Source of the DNA: Pecten maximus
Lineage: Eukaryota
Assembly (NCBI RefSeq): GCF_902652985.1
Contig: NC_047017.1
Coordinates: 37,386,001 to 37,450,000, forward strand
DNA: 64,000 nt
Reading direction: 5' to 3'
The notes under the pieces were generated by a model. That model had not been told where the DNA came from. It did not search any database and was given only the letters and a program-made list of their open reading frames with translations. A program made the translations under genes and the position numbers. The first letter of the stretch is position 1, and each line of letters opens with the position of its first letter. Of the stretch, positions 27,490 through 39,400 are shown piece after piece.

Positions 27490-30400
27490 TCAGTACTCCA
27501 ACCATTCCTTCATGTAAACACAGTTTGTTGGTGACACTGGACCTCCCTCACAGCACTGGTCAAATACCTGAAGAGGATAGAGTAGATATTGCGTAATAGT
27601 ACCAGGTATATGCATATTAAATAGGAAGGATTTCCTCTTAAATCTTTATCTGTAAGAGGTATATATCAAAAGGCAATAATTAAAATCCAGTAAAGGATGT
27701 AAAACTATTTTACTTTTGAGCATAGACATAATGGATAATAAATGTATTATCTGTATGACTAAAGTTTCCTTTCTAAAAACCATAAAATCTTCACATACAG
27801 GACATGATCCACAAGGCATCCTCATGAGTCCAGTGGTAGGTACAAGAGGTTTCATTGCACGGTATAGCTTGGAACTGGCCTCTCCTGAACTGGTGGATGC
27901 GGTCACTGATCGCTCTACTTTCCCGTCGTATATAAGGGTGTCCATGATAGTCTCAATATCGTCCACAGACAGCTGAACCTGAATTTAGTAAACTAACCCA
28001 ATGAGCCAACGGTCCCGTAATCATTCTATTTAAGTGAAGTACATTAACTTGTCAGTAATAAACACTTGTATAAACTGCAGGCAGTTCTACACCAATGTCA
28101 ACAATACTATTTCAATCCTTTTTACTTATGAAAGTTAACACTATACATCAGTTTGTGTTGGCTTATTAAAGGTTATTATGGTAATGAAACAGTTTATTAA
28201 TGAACCTGTAAACATACTACCTTTACATATTTGTTGTTGCAAAGTGTTTAAATGAAAATCAACAATCTTTTACTCTGTTAAATAATTTTGGCTTAAAGCA
28301 AAATAATACATCAATGGAATTGTGGGGATTCTGAGGTAGAGTAAGTCGTATCATGTTACCTGGTGTTGGGCTCTTTAGGAACTGTAATCATATAAACATG
28401 AATACATTTTCTGGTTTTTAGACCTTCCTATGATGTATGAACACCTGTTTGTCCTCTATCGATTGATTTAAAGGCACATCATCATGCATATTGGTAGCAT
28501 CGAGTCAAACAAAAGTGCATTCACTCTTCTGTACAATCTTTACCTTACTGATTCCCAGTTCTGAAATGTACTTCCACACATCTGATAATGAGGTAAAGGC
28601 CGCATTCCTCTGTGCTATGGGATCAACCTGGTTCTCCCTTGCAAGGCTAGCCTGAAACAAAGGTTGATGAAGATACATGATTGCCTGGCACACAGTGCCA
28701 AATTAAAAGATAAATCTATTAACTTGTTTTACATTTTTATCTGCGTTTTGCCTATGGCTTGGATATCGATAAAGTATTTACTGTCCGACATCCTCAAGTA
28801 ATGACTTTAAGTGATGTGAAATGCATCAAAAGGGTAAAGATTTGTAAATGATCTAAATGTGCTGCTACTGTTTAAACAATCTAACCAATTAGCCCATTAT
28901 TGTATATGCAGAGGGAAAGATTGATGCGATATTTCACTTTATCTGTGACCTTCAAAAATTACCACCTACCTGTTGGTACTAATGTGTAAATGTTTAATAT
29001 ACCATATGCAACTTGAAGCAGCTTGAACACAAGACTAGGACAAATCATAATGATACATTACTATAAGAAAAGGGTGGATCTGAACTGATATAGACCATAC
29101 CTTTTGCTCCAGATACTTGAAGCATTGCTGATTGAGAACCTCTACAAATTCTGACTCAAAATCTTGGTCACTGTACCATGCTCCTCCAGTCACTGTCCGA
29201 TCAGGCTCCAAATTGTACAGCATGTAGACCTTTTTCTTGGAGGCCTATCAGACAGGACAATTCATCAAAAGTAACACATTCAGTAAGCATATATCACTAA
29301 TCAAAAGTAACACATTCAGTAAGCATATATCACTAATCAAAAGTAACACATTCAGTAAGCATATATCACTAATCAAAAGTAACACATTCAGTAAGCATAT
29401 ATCACTAATCAAAAGTAACACATTCAGTAAGCATATATCACTAATCAAAAGTAACACATTCAGTAAGCATGTATCACTAAACTGTCTTTATTGGAGGTTG
29501 TCAACTTGTCATGGTGAAACCACATATAACTCTCCCAAGAATTTCTCAAATACTTACTCTTTGATAAAAGTAATCAAACCTTTTAGAAATAAATCCATTT
29601 CTCAATCGTTAGCAACAGCTTGTTAGATATACTGAGATTATTAAATTCAATGGTTAATTATAGTCAGTCCCACTTAAAATATCCAGAAAGTTTTCACAAT
29701 TCTACCCTTGTTGACAAGCGAACATTGGAAAATTCAAATAAATAGCTAAAACAAATTATGCTAACTATATAAAACTTACTTATTATGCGAAACAATGCAT
29801 ACTTACTGCGACAGACTTAACAGCTTTGATTAATTTCTTGCTCTCTAAGTTTTTCAGTATCTTGTTGACTTGAGTTAACAGCAGGTTACACTTGTATCGG
29901 ATGTCCCTTATCCATATGCCTATGTAGAAACATTTCAGATTATTACTGTTATAGTACCCAACAAATGCTGAAGAGATGGAATTCTTAACTGTGACTACCT
30001 GTACTAATGCTGAAGAAAGATTACAGCAATGCCAGGGAAATCTTAGCTGTGACTGTACCTGTACTAATGCTGAAGAGATGGAATTCTTAACTGTGACTAC
30101 CTGTACTAATGCTGAAGAAAGATTACAGCAATCCCAGAGAATTCTTAGCTGTGACTTTACCCGTACCAATGCTGAAGAGAGATTACAGCAATCCCAGAGA
30201 ATTCTTAGCTGTGACTTTACCTGTACCATTGCTGAAGAGATATTACAGCAATCCCAGAGAATTCTTAGCTGTGACTTTACCCGTACCAATGCTGAAGAGA
30301 GATTACAGCAATCCCAGAGAATTCTTAGCTGTGATCGTACCCGTACCAAAGCTGAAGAGATATTACAGCAATCCCAGAGAATTCTTAGCTGTGACTTTAC

Positions 30401-33400
30401 CCGTACCATTGCTGAAAAGACAGTACAGCAATCCCAGAGAATTCTTAGCTGTGACTTTACCCGTACCATTGCTGAAAAGACAGTACAGCAATCCCAGAGA
30501 ATTCTTAGCCGTGACTGTACCCGTACCAATGCTGAAGGGATAGTACGGCAATCCCAGGGAATTCTTAGCTGTAACTGTACCCGTACCAATGCTGAAGAGA
30601 TATTACAGCAATCCCAGGGAAGATATTTTCCATGTGTGTTGACGATGTGATATATTTTCTATTTGTACTAACAATGTGATATATTTTCTATTTGTACTAA
30701 CAATGTGATATTTTTTCTATGTGTATTGACAGTGTGATATATTTTTCTGTGTAAAATTGCCCAATAATGCTCCAGACTACATTTCATCAAAATCCGTTAA
30801 AGTATTCAGGACTAGTATGAATTTAAAGGAAATGTTGATGTAATGCGGACGACAGACGCTGCACCATGGCACAAGCTCACCGGCCCTTCGGACCAGGTGA
30901 GCTAAAAATGGATGAACACAGGAAACTGATACACAAACTCCTTTTCAGATTAGTTGTGAGCAGGTCTTGAAGCTTCAAGTTTTAACGGTTTAACCTGCTT
31001 GGTTCACCGTTGTCCTACTCTCCAGGGTTCCTGCGTAAGATCGTCGTTGGTCCTACTTCGCCACTAGTGTATAAAAGAACCAAACAACTACTGCGATTTG
31101 ATGATATTTATTCCCAGACATTGGTTACATGAGACATCAACAGAGAGAAGTGCGAGCATTATGTGGGCACCCGGTGATACATATTCTGCGCCGGCGTAAC
31201 ATGAAGTTAATAGATGGTAGTTGGCACACTCGGTGGCGTGAGGATGTCCGACTGTTGGCCCGGCGTACCTGGCGACAACCCGTGCCCGCCTACCTACACC
31301 CCAGCCAGCATCTCACCCGCCACAGTCCACTGGCCACCTCACTACACTGAGTGCTCTTTATAGATCTCGTGTGCTCTCACCTGTTGACCGATCGTCGCGG
31401 CTACAGGTGTCTAAGAGTATATATAGCCCCGAGCCCACATAATACGTCGCAATCCTTTACATGTAACAATACATATAGTACGCACTCAATACAAATACAG
31501 GTAAATATATACAATACATGTGCAACAAATACACGATCATTACACTACCCCCGCCTCAAAAGCGTTGGTCGTCCCGACCAATATAACAAAAATGATAGTT
31601 AACAAATTCAAAAATATGTTCATACAGTTCAAGTACCTTTCTTACTAACTCTTTTCCGTACAGCACACAAATAAACACAAAGTTCTCACTCCCCAGAATC
31701 ATTCTCAGCTTACAACACACACACATACTCACTCACAAGGCATAGTCAATAACTAATATAGATACGAAAAACATTTATACTTATATATACACAAATACAA
31801 TTATACACAGAACTATACAAATCAACATGAATGCATAACGCTTAGATATATCCCCCTGCCTTATTGGTGGACGTCCCGTCCAACCAAACAGGAATGAAAA
31901 CATGTCCATTACCCTAAAGTCTTTTTCCAATTCAAGAATTCCCGCGTCCCGCGATTAGCTCGTCCCGCGTGCTGGCCGGTCCCGCAATTTCACTTTTAAT
32001 GTCCTGGCATTACTCACACTCCTCCCACTCAATAACGTGGCACGACCGCGTCACCGTTGTTTCCCCATCTGGTCCAGTGGTTGTCCTTATTGTGCTTTCC
32101 TCCTGGCGATGCCGCTTGACTCTCATGATGTCACACTGAACAGACACATCGATGGCATCAACGTGTCGCTCCTTCCCTCCGCTCTCCTCATCCTTTGCCT
32201 CATCCACCAATTTCTGAGGTTCCGCTGCCCGCTTAACTGGTGTGGAATGCCGCAAAGGTGATACGACATTGGCATTCACAATAAAAGTCCTCATAGATAT
32301 GTCGGGATCTGCCCCGTTGGACAGTTCCTCTGCTTCCTCAGCATTCCCTGGCACCACAGAAACAGCAGCTGCATTGTTCGCCGTGGCCGTGATCGTGGTA
32401 GGTGGCGTAGCCTTCATTGCCTTCACTGCCTTCACTGGTGTGACAGTCGTGGTTGCACTTGTCACTGCCGATGTCGAAGAGGACGAGCGCCGTTTCTTAG
32501 GCGGGGTATGGTCGAGGGCCTTGGACGGATGTTGCCGTTCTATATGGCGCCGCAAATCCCCTTTCCTGGACAGGGTCTGTTCACAATACTCACAGGAGAC
32601 TCTTTTGCTAATGTCCCCTGTGTCTCCCCGGCTCCTGTCCTCCCTAACGGATGGTTCTACCCAGAGTCCTCTCTTTGCTCGTTCACATCCCACGATGTGT
32701 TGCTGTAACAATGCCATGCTGTCAAGATACCTCCCACATGCCATGCATCGGAACGAGTCCGCCGTTCGTGAAGAATATCTGGAGTAGGACATTTCTGTAA
32801 AATAGACAAAAAGGATGTATTAGACCCCCATCCAAAATTGTCATTTGACTACTACATTTCAAATTCCTCAAATCGGCACTGTAACATTTGTGTTCGCGTC
32901 GGTCTGTGATGATCACCGTGTGCCCACATATTATCAATATCTAAACCGCTCTCTTCGCTGTAATCTTCTTGGTGATCTTCTACGATGCTGTCTTCCTCTC
33001 TGTTAAAACCGCCGTGCCGTACCTTCTGTGGTTTTATACAGTCACTATGCACCACTTGTTTCCGTCCCCCGGCAACAGGCTGTACCTCGTACGTCACATC
33101 TGAGATCACGCTTGTGATGGTATACAGCCCGTGCCAAAACGTAGTTAGCTTGGGGCTTGTGCCGACCTTAACCGTAGGGAAGTATAACTTGACAACGCCT
33201 TTTGGTTTGAGTTTTTGACAGTTTGCACGGGTATCGTGATAACGTGATTTCATAACAAGAAGCCCATGGGCCTTAACGGTCACCTGAGATTTGAAATATT
33301 TCAGTAAATTTAATTGACACTTTTTCGCCTGACCCATCAGTCTAAGGGATCAGTCAGGGCCAACATTTGCATACCATTAAGCAGTCATCCCATGCTGATA

Positions 33401-36400
33401 ATGTTAACAAATTTAGAATGAATTTCAAAACAAATAAAACAAATTATAGTCAAAAATGTGATTTCCCTATAACTATAGTAAAGTTTATCCCTTCCCATGG
33501 GGCAAATGTGAGACCCCAGGGCCAGGAAATTCACAATTATGGTAATGTACCCTAAGACCCTTCTATCTATGAAGAGTATTTAATTCTACCTTATTTGGGT
33601 TGTAAGAAGATTTTTAAAATTTCAGTTAATTTGACCCTTTCTGGCCCCGCCTATCAGCCCCTGGAGGTCAGTCAGGGCCAACATGTACATACCATTAAAC
33701 TGTAATCCCAAGCTGATAATTTGAACCAAATTAGAATGAATTCCAATAGAAATACAACAAAAAAAAGTCAAAAATGTGATTTCCCTATATAAACTATAGA
33801 AAAGTTTACCACCTCCCCAGGGGCAAACGTGAGACCCCAGGGTCATGAAATTCACAATTTTGCTAAAGCACCTTCAGACCCTGCTATCTATAAAGAGTAT
33901 TTGATTCTACCATATCTGAGAGTAGAGAAGAAGATTTTTGAAATTTCAGTCAATTTGACTCTTTTTGGCCCCGCCCATCAGCCCCTGGGGGTCAACCAGG
34001 GCCAACATGTGCATACCATCAAACTGTCATCCCATGCTGATAATTTAAACCAAGTTAGAATGAATTCCAACAGAAATCCAACAAATAATAGTCAAAAATG
34101 TGATTTCCCTATATAAACTATAGTAAAGTTTACCCCCTCCCCAGGGGCAAATGTGAGACCCCAGGGTCAAGAAATTCACAATTTTGGTAAAGCACCTTAA
34201 GACCCTTCCATCTACGAAGAGTGTTTGATTCCACCTTATCTGAGAGTAGAGAAAAAGATTTTTTAAATTTTAGTCAATTTGACCCTTTTTGACCCCGCCT
34301 TTCAGGCCCCTGGGGGATGGGGACCATATAATTCACAATTTTAGTTGACCTTTAGCCATAGAAACTCCCTGCCAAATTTCAATGAATTTGGTTCTGTGGT
34401 TTTGGAGAAGAAGTTGAAAATTTAAATTGTTTACGGATGGACGACGCACGACGACGGACAAAAGGCGATTAGAATAGGTCACTTGAGTCTCAGGTGACCT
34501 AAAAACCCTGACATACTTATACGCCTACTCCATGGCTGTTTGCGTGTCCTCCACCCATTGACTTGTACTTCTCCATTCCTCATCAGGTGTTCTTCCCACC
34601 ATTATATCTATCGGCATTGATAGCTCTCGACCCAGCATGAGGAAGTTCGGTGTATAGTTTGTTGTTTCATGCAGAGACAACCTGTACTCCATAAGAAGGT
34701 ATGGTATATGGTGGTTCCAGTCAGTCTGGTTATTGCTCACGAATGATCTGAGCATCTCCTTCAGTGTTCGATTGAAGCGCTCAACCATGCCATCACTTTG
34801 AGGGGGATATGATGTAGTTCTCGTCTTCTGTATTGCGAGCATCCTACACATTTCAGTAAACAAAACGCTCTCAAACTGTCGTCCTTGGTCTGAATGAAGG
34901 GATGACGGCGTTCCGAATCTTGTTACTATTTCTTCTTTCAAGATGGTAGCGATCGTAGAAGTTTCCTGATTCGGCATCGCGAACACCTCTGTCCACTTAG
35001 TGAAGTAGTCAGATACCACTAAAATGTACTGATTTCCACTTTCAGTTCTCGGTAGCGGTCCTGTTGTGTCAATGGCGATTCGCTCCATTGGCATTCTGCT
35101 CTGCAGAACTTGCATTGGAGCACTTCTCGCATCCAATGATCCATTGGGGCACATCTTTCTGCAGACCATGCTAATAGTAGTGTTGACGTACTTTCTTTAA
35201 GCATTTCCTAATGCCCAGATGTCCCCCAGTGCGGCTGTCGTGTGTTTGAGTCAATACCATGACTCACATTTTCCTAGGCACCAGAACTTGCCATGACGCT
35301 TTCCTCTCCGTTGTATCGTTCCATTTCCTGACAATGACTCCATCCCGAAACTGGAACCGCTCAAATTGTGCCCAGAGAGATTTTAGCTCACATCCGCTAA
35401 AATACACCTCTTTGCAATCAGGATGCTTGCCCTATCAGATCCACTCGCCCAGAAGTTCTTTAATAAGCAACTGTGAATCCACCTCCGTGTTTACGACACG
35501 AACATGGCTCCATCCAGTTTTGCCGGAAGTCTTTTCGACACAGTGATCACAGAGAACTCTACTCAATCCATCTGCGCTTCCGTGATCTTTCCTTGGCCGA
35601 TGCTGAATTTCAAATTCATACGTTGACAATGTCTCACTCCAACATGCGGTTTGACCTTCGGGGCCTTTCTTCTGCATCAGCCATCGCAGTGCGGTCTGTC
35701 CGGATAAGGAAGCTTTTCCCTGTAAGATAGTGCCGGAAATAATGTACAAAGTACAAGACAGCTAGAAGCTCCTTCTTGGTCACACAAGAACGCTTTTCGA
35801 ATTTCAAAAGCGTTCTATTTCCATAACATATTGGCCGTTCTTTGCCGTCCTGTACTTGTGAAACCACAGCGCCGATGCTCATGTCGCATGCGTCAGTATC
35901 CAAAATGAATGGTAGGTCAAAATTTGGATGTGCCAATATCGGTGCCGATGTAAGCTTTGTCTTCAGTTGATCGAATGCTGTCTGGTAATGTGGTGTCCAT
36001 ACAAATGGCTGTTCTTTGCAGTAAGAGGTTGTGCTATCCGCAAGAAATTTTGTATAAATTTTCGGTAATACCCACACAACCCCAAAAATGACCTGACTTG
36101 GGCGACTTTTTGAGGTATCAGCCATTCTTGTACTGCTTTTGTCTTCTCAGGATCAGTGGCAACTCCATCTTCAGAGATAATGTGTCCCAAGAATGATACT
36201 TCTTTAGCGAAAAGGGTACACTTTCGGGGTTTCAGCTTCAGACCCACTTCGCTAACTAGTGTTGGGTAATCGGTTGAACACGGCAACCGATGATCGGTTG
36301 TAATCGGATGATCTCGGTAACCGATTATACAATTATAATCGGTTGTTATTTATCAGTCTGTTTGAAATTAAAAATGCAAACAAAATTGAGCCAGAGGCAA

Positions 36401-39400
36401 CTGGCACTTACTTATTCATTTGCTATTTATATCTATGGGACAAAGAATGTATAATGCCATTAAAACATCCTATTGAAATTAAAAATTAACAAACGAGTGA
36501 TTATAAAACTTGACAAGAAAATACACACATGATTGCAGCTTGTAAGTTAACACTTATTATCATTTAATGTTTTGTTTTGTTTAGATGTAACATACTGCGT
36601 GTATTTACATTTAAATAAATATGTTTCAGTAATATCATGGTTCCCCGAGTTACGAGTATCAACTAGACAACTACATTGCCTCAATGATTTTTCAATACTG
36701 AAGGGCTTAAAGATTAGAGCCAAAGAGGCCCAACTCATGTGAATAAAGAATATTGAATAGTAACTGAATAGTGTCTTAAACAATATAATTAGTTAACAAT
36801 TAGAATAAAAATTCTGATGGCATTATATGTATATAAACATAGGGACCCGATTGATCGATTATACAAAACATGATCGATGATTGTAATCGGTAGACAATAA
36901 TCAACCGTTAATCGATCATTCCCGATCATCGACACATCACTACCGCTAACCGCCCAAAAACACTGTCTAGGTTCTTGAAAGTACGGAAAGTACTCCTCGA
37001 AAGTACGGCCATGGACGATAATGTCATCGAGGTAGATTAAGCATACTCCCATTGGAGTCCAGATAGCACGGTCTCCATTAGACGCTCAAATGTTGCCGGC
37101 GCGTTGCAAAGACCAAAGGGTAAAACATTGAACTGGAACAGACCTTTTCGTGTAACAAACGCCGTCTTGGATTTATCAGCCGGATCCATTGCAATCTGCC
37201 AGTAACCAGAGGAAAGGTCTAATGTTGAAAACCATTTTGCCCCGCCAAGTTTGTCCAAAGAATCGTTAATATGTGGCAATGGATACGCATCCTTGATGGT
37301 GGCGTTATTCAATTGCCGGTAGTCAATGCAGAAGCATAGACTACCATCCTTCTTGCGTACTAGGACGATTCCCGATGCCCATGGACTGGATGATGGTTCA
37401 ATTATCCCCCTTTTCAGCATTTTTCCACGTGCTTGTCAGCTTCCTGAAGCGAATGATGAGGCAATCATCGTGGCGGCTGTTTAATCGGCGTCTTGTCTCC
37501 AGTGTCGCATGAGTTACTTGTCGTAATAGCATGTCTTACCACATCAGTAACAAGCTCAAATTGACCAATCGCCGTACCTTTGTACAACACCTGTGCCTCG
37601 TCCGCTGGATTCAGTAATCTGACTACAATAGCATTCCCAGTTTTTCCCTTCCTTGAGAGAGGTTCTACCAATCCAAATCCGTGACCAGCTTCTTCGCCGA
37701 GATGCTGCAGCAATGACTACCTCACTGCGCGGAGGAATTGTGATTGTCTCCCTAACATGAACTCGAGAACATCCAAACCGCCCTGTCAACCGACAGGCTA
37801 TTACCTCGTCTCCCATGGTAAGTTCTTTCTTATTCAAGTCTATGTGACAGTTTTGTTGGTACAAAAAGTCAAGCCCTAAAATGCCACCAGTCGTAATATC
37901 AGAGACAATAGCCCTGACTGTAAAGTTCTCCTGCCCATGGACAACATAAACTCCGCCTTGCCAAGTGAGCGAATGATCTCGCCATTAGCAGCTATGACGT
38001 CCTTCTTAATAAGCTCTAGGTTAGGTCGCTTCGCCGGCGAAATGCTATGAAATAAACCGATTGACAATAACGTTACTGTTGCACCAGTGTCAACAAGCAA
38101 CTCCGCATGAGCCCCGTTTAGTGTTGTCGAGATATAAACGCCAGCCTCGACTAGTTCATATCCTGTCCCCATATTCGAATATGCCGGGCTGTTTTCTGGA
38201 GAGTTGCGTCGGAAATGTCCTTCCTTGCCACATTTAAAGCATTTATCGTCCCTTGGTCGGCTCCTTCTAGTTCTTGATTCCTGGAGTTTGTCTATCTCCG
38301 ATTTCATGTCGGCCATCATTTTCTGCAAATCTTTGAGTGCGTTGACGTATCGTCCCCAATTGGCAATTCACTTACTGCATCCGCAGTTCTGGCATAACCT
38401 CTGAAATCGGACCAGAACCTTTCCGCTTTCTCGAACGCCTCCAATTCTACAGCTGTTCTCACCGCGTCATTAAGAGTACTAGGTCGACTTTGTTGTACGC
38501 GTAGGCGTATATCCGAACAAGTCAGCACATCTATGAAAGAATCTTTCGCAAGAACCTCCCATAACTCTGGTGTAGCGCCTGGATATATGCCAGTTGTGTT
38601 AATCTTAAAATTCCCTGCCCTCTTTAACTGCGAGCGATACAATTCCGTCTGGTTAGCTGGGGAAAATCGTTGCTGCAGCGCGGCTGCCAATATACCGAAA
38701 TCAGCCTTCTCATGAGCCGGAAGATTACTTAATACGCCTTGCGCCAACCCCCTTAAATTTACTGCGAGATGCATACCCTTCTCACTGTAGGACCAATTGT
38801 TTAAAGAAGCGCACATTTCAAAATGTGTCCTGTAATCAATCCAGGATGTTAAACCGTCATATGTTGCTGGCTTAACTTTCGTGCTTGATTGGGCTTGTTG
38901 CTTCAATGGCAAGATTTGTCTTGTATCCACATCAGGGATGACGTTCCTTATTACGCTACTGTCGATTCATTCCTAACGCCATTGTAGTATCCGTTTCATC
39001 ACCGGGCGTACTAGTCAACCATTTTTCTTCAATGAAATTGTCTCCTTGTCGCCCTGTTTGGCCTCTCCTTTGCTCAGTCATCAACCGAGAATCTATTAGT
39101 GAAATCTTTCGGCGTTGTCTAACACCTGCTGACACCACCTCAAGTCTTGGTGCTAAATCCTCCAATACACCTCCTGTGTACATTGCCTCCAGTGTCTGAT
39201 ATTCCAATTTCCTCTCTAGTTTACATTTACGATACCCTGGCTGTGTCTTTGGCCTTGCTCCACCATAAGGATCAAACTCCTTTGGTTGTTGACTCATAGG
39301 TGTCGGTAGTGCCGGAGACGCCCGATGCGCCGGCAATCCCTGCAATGATGTAGACGCCTGGTGTGATGGACACAGTAGTCGTGCGGCGATAGTTATAACG

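Larger units (their letters stand above)
32852..37864 (-). pseudogene. Gypsy pol (RT, RNase H, integrase), frameshifted and interrupted by two insertions
   Basis: RT: IIEPSSSPWASGIVLVRKKDG, DLSSGYWQ, LPFGLCNAPATF, YLDD. RNase H: FILDTDACDMSIGAVVSQ, ELLAV. Integrase: RIAIDTTGPLP, SDYFTKW, HSDQGRQFES, GMVERFNRTLK, with its C-terminal tail at 33250-32852. Confidence 0.93.

Noticed and set aside
29237-29626. 129-aa repetitive ORF
   Set aside because: 36-bp array read on the antisense strand of POLR3F.
29783-30650. Repetitive 268/224/144-aa ORFs on both strands
   Set aside because: Products of a stop-poor 60-bp array; only 29919-29807 is a true POLR3F exon.
32242-32787. 181-aa plus-strand ORF with a hydrophobic stretch (possible env or membrane protein)
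   Set aside because: Antisense shadow of ORF3; non-ATG start, and the hydrophobic run mirrors Thr/Ala/Lys codons on the other strand.
32010-32792. Claim that ORF3 is intact because of host selection (domestication)
   Set aside because: gag-pol lesions occur roughly every few hundred bp, so a 783-bp ORF surviving by chance is not very unlikely; needs dN/dS on orthologous insertions.
33367-34116. Short ORFs repeated in HINE copies (also 12338, 20492, 20891, 42800, 43154)
   Set aside because: Non-coding repeat units; similarity among them reflects DNA repeats, with no Rep/helicase motifs.
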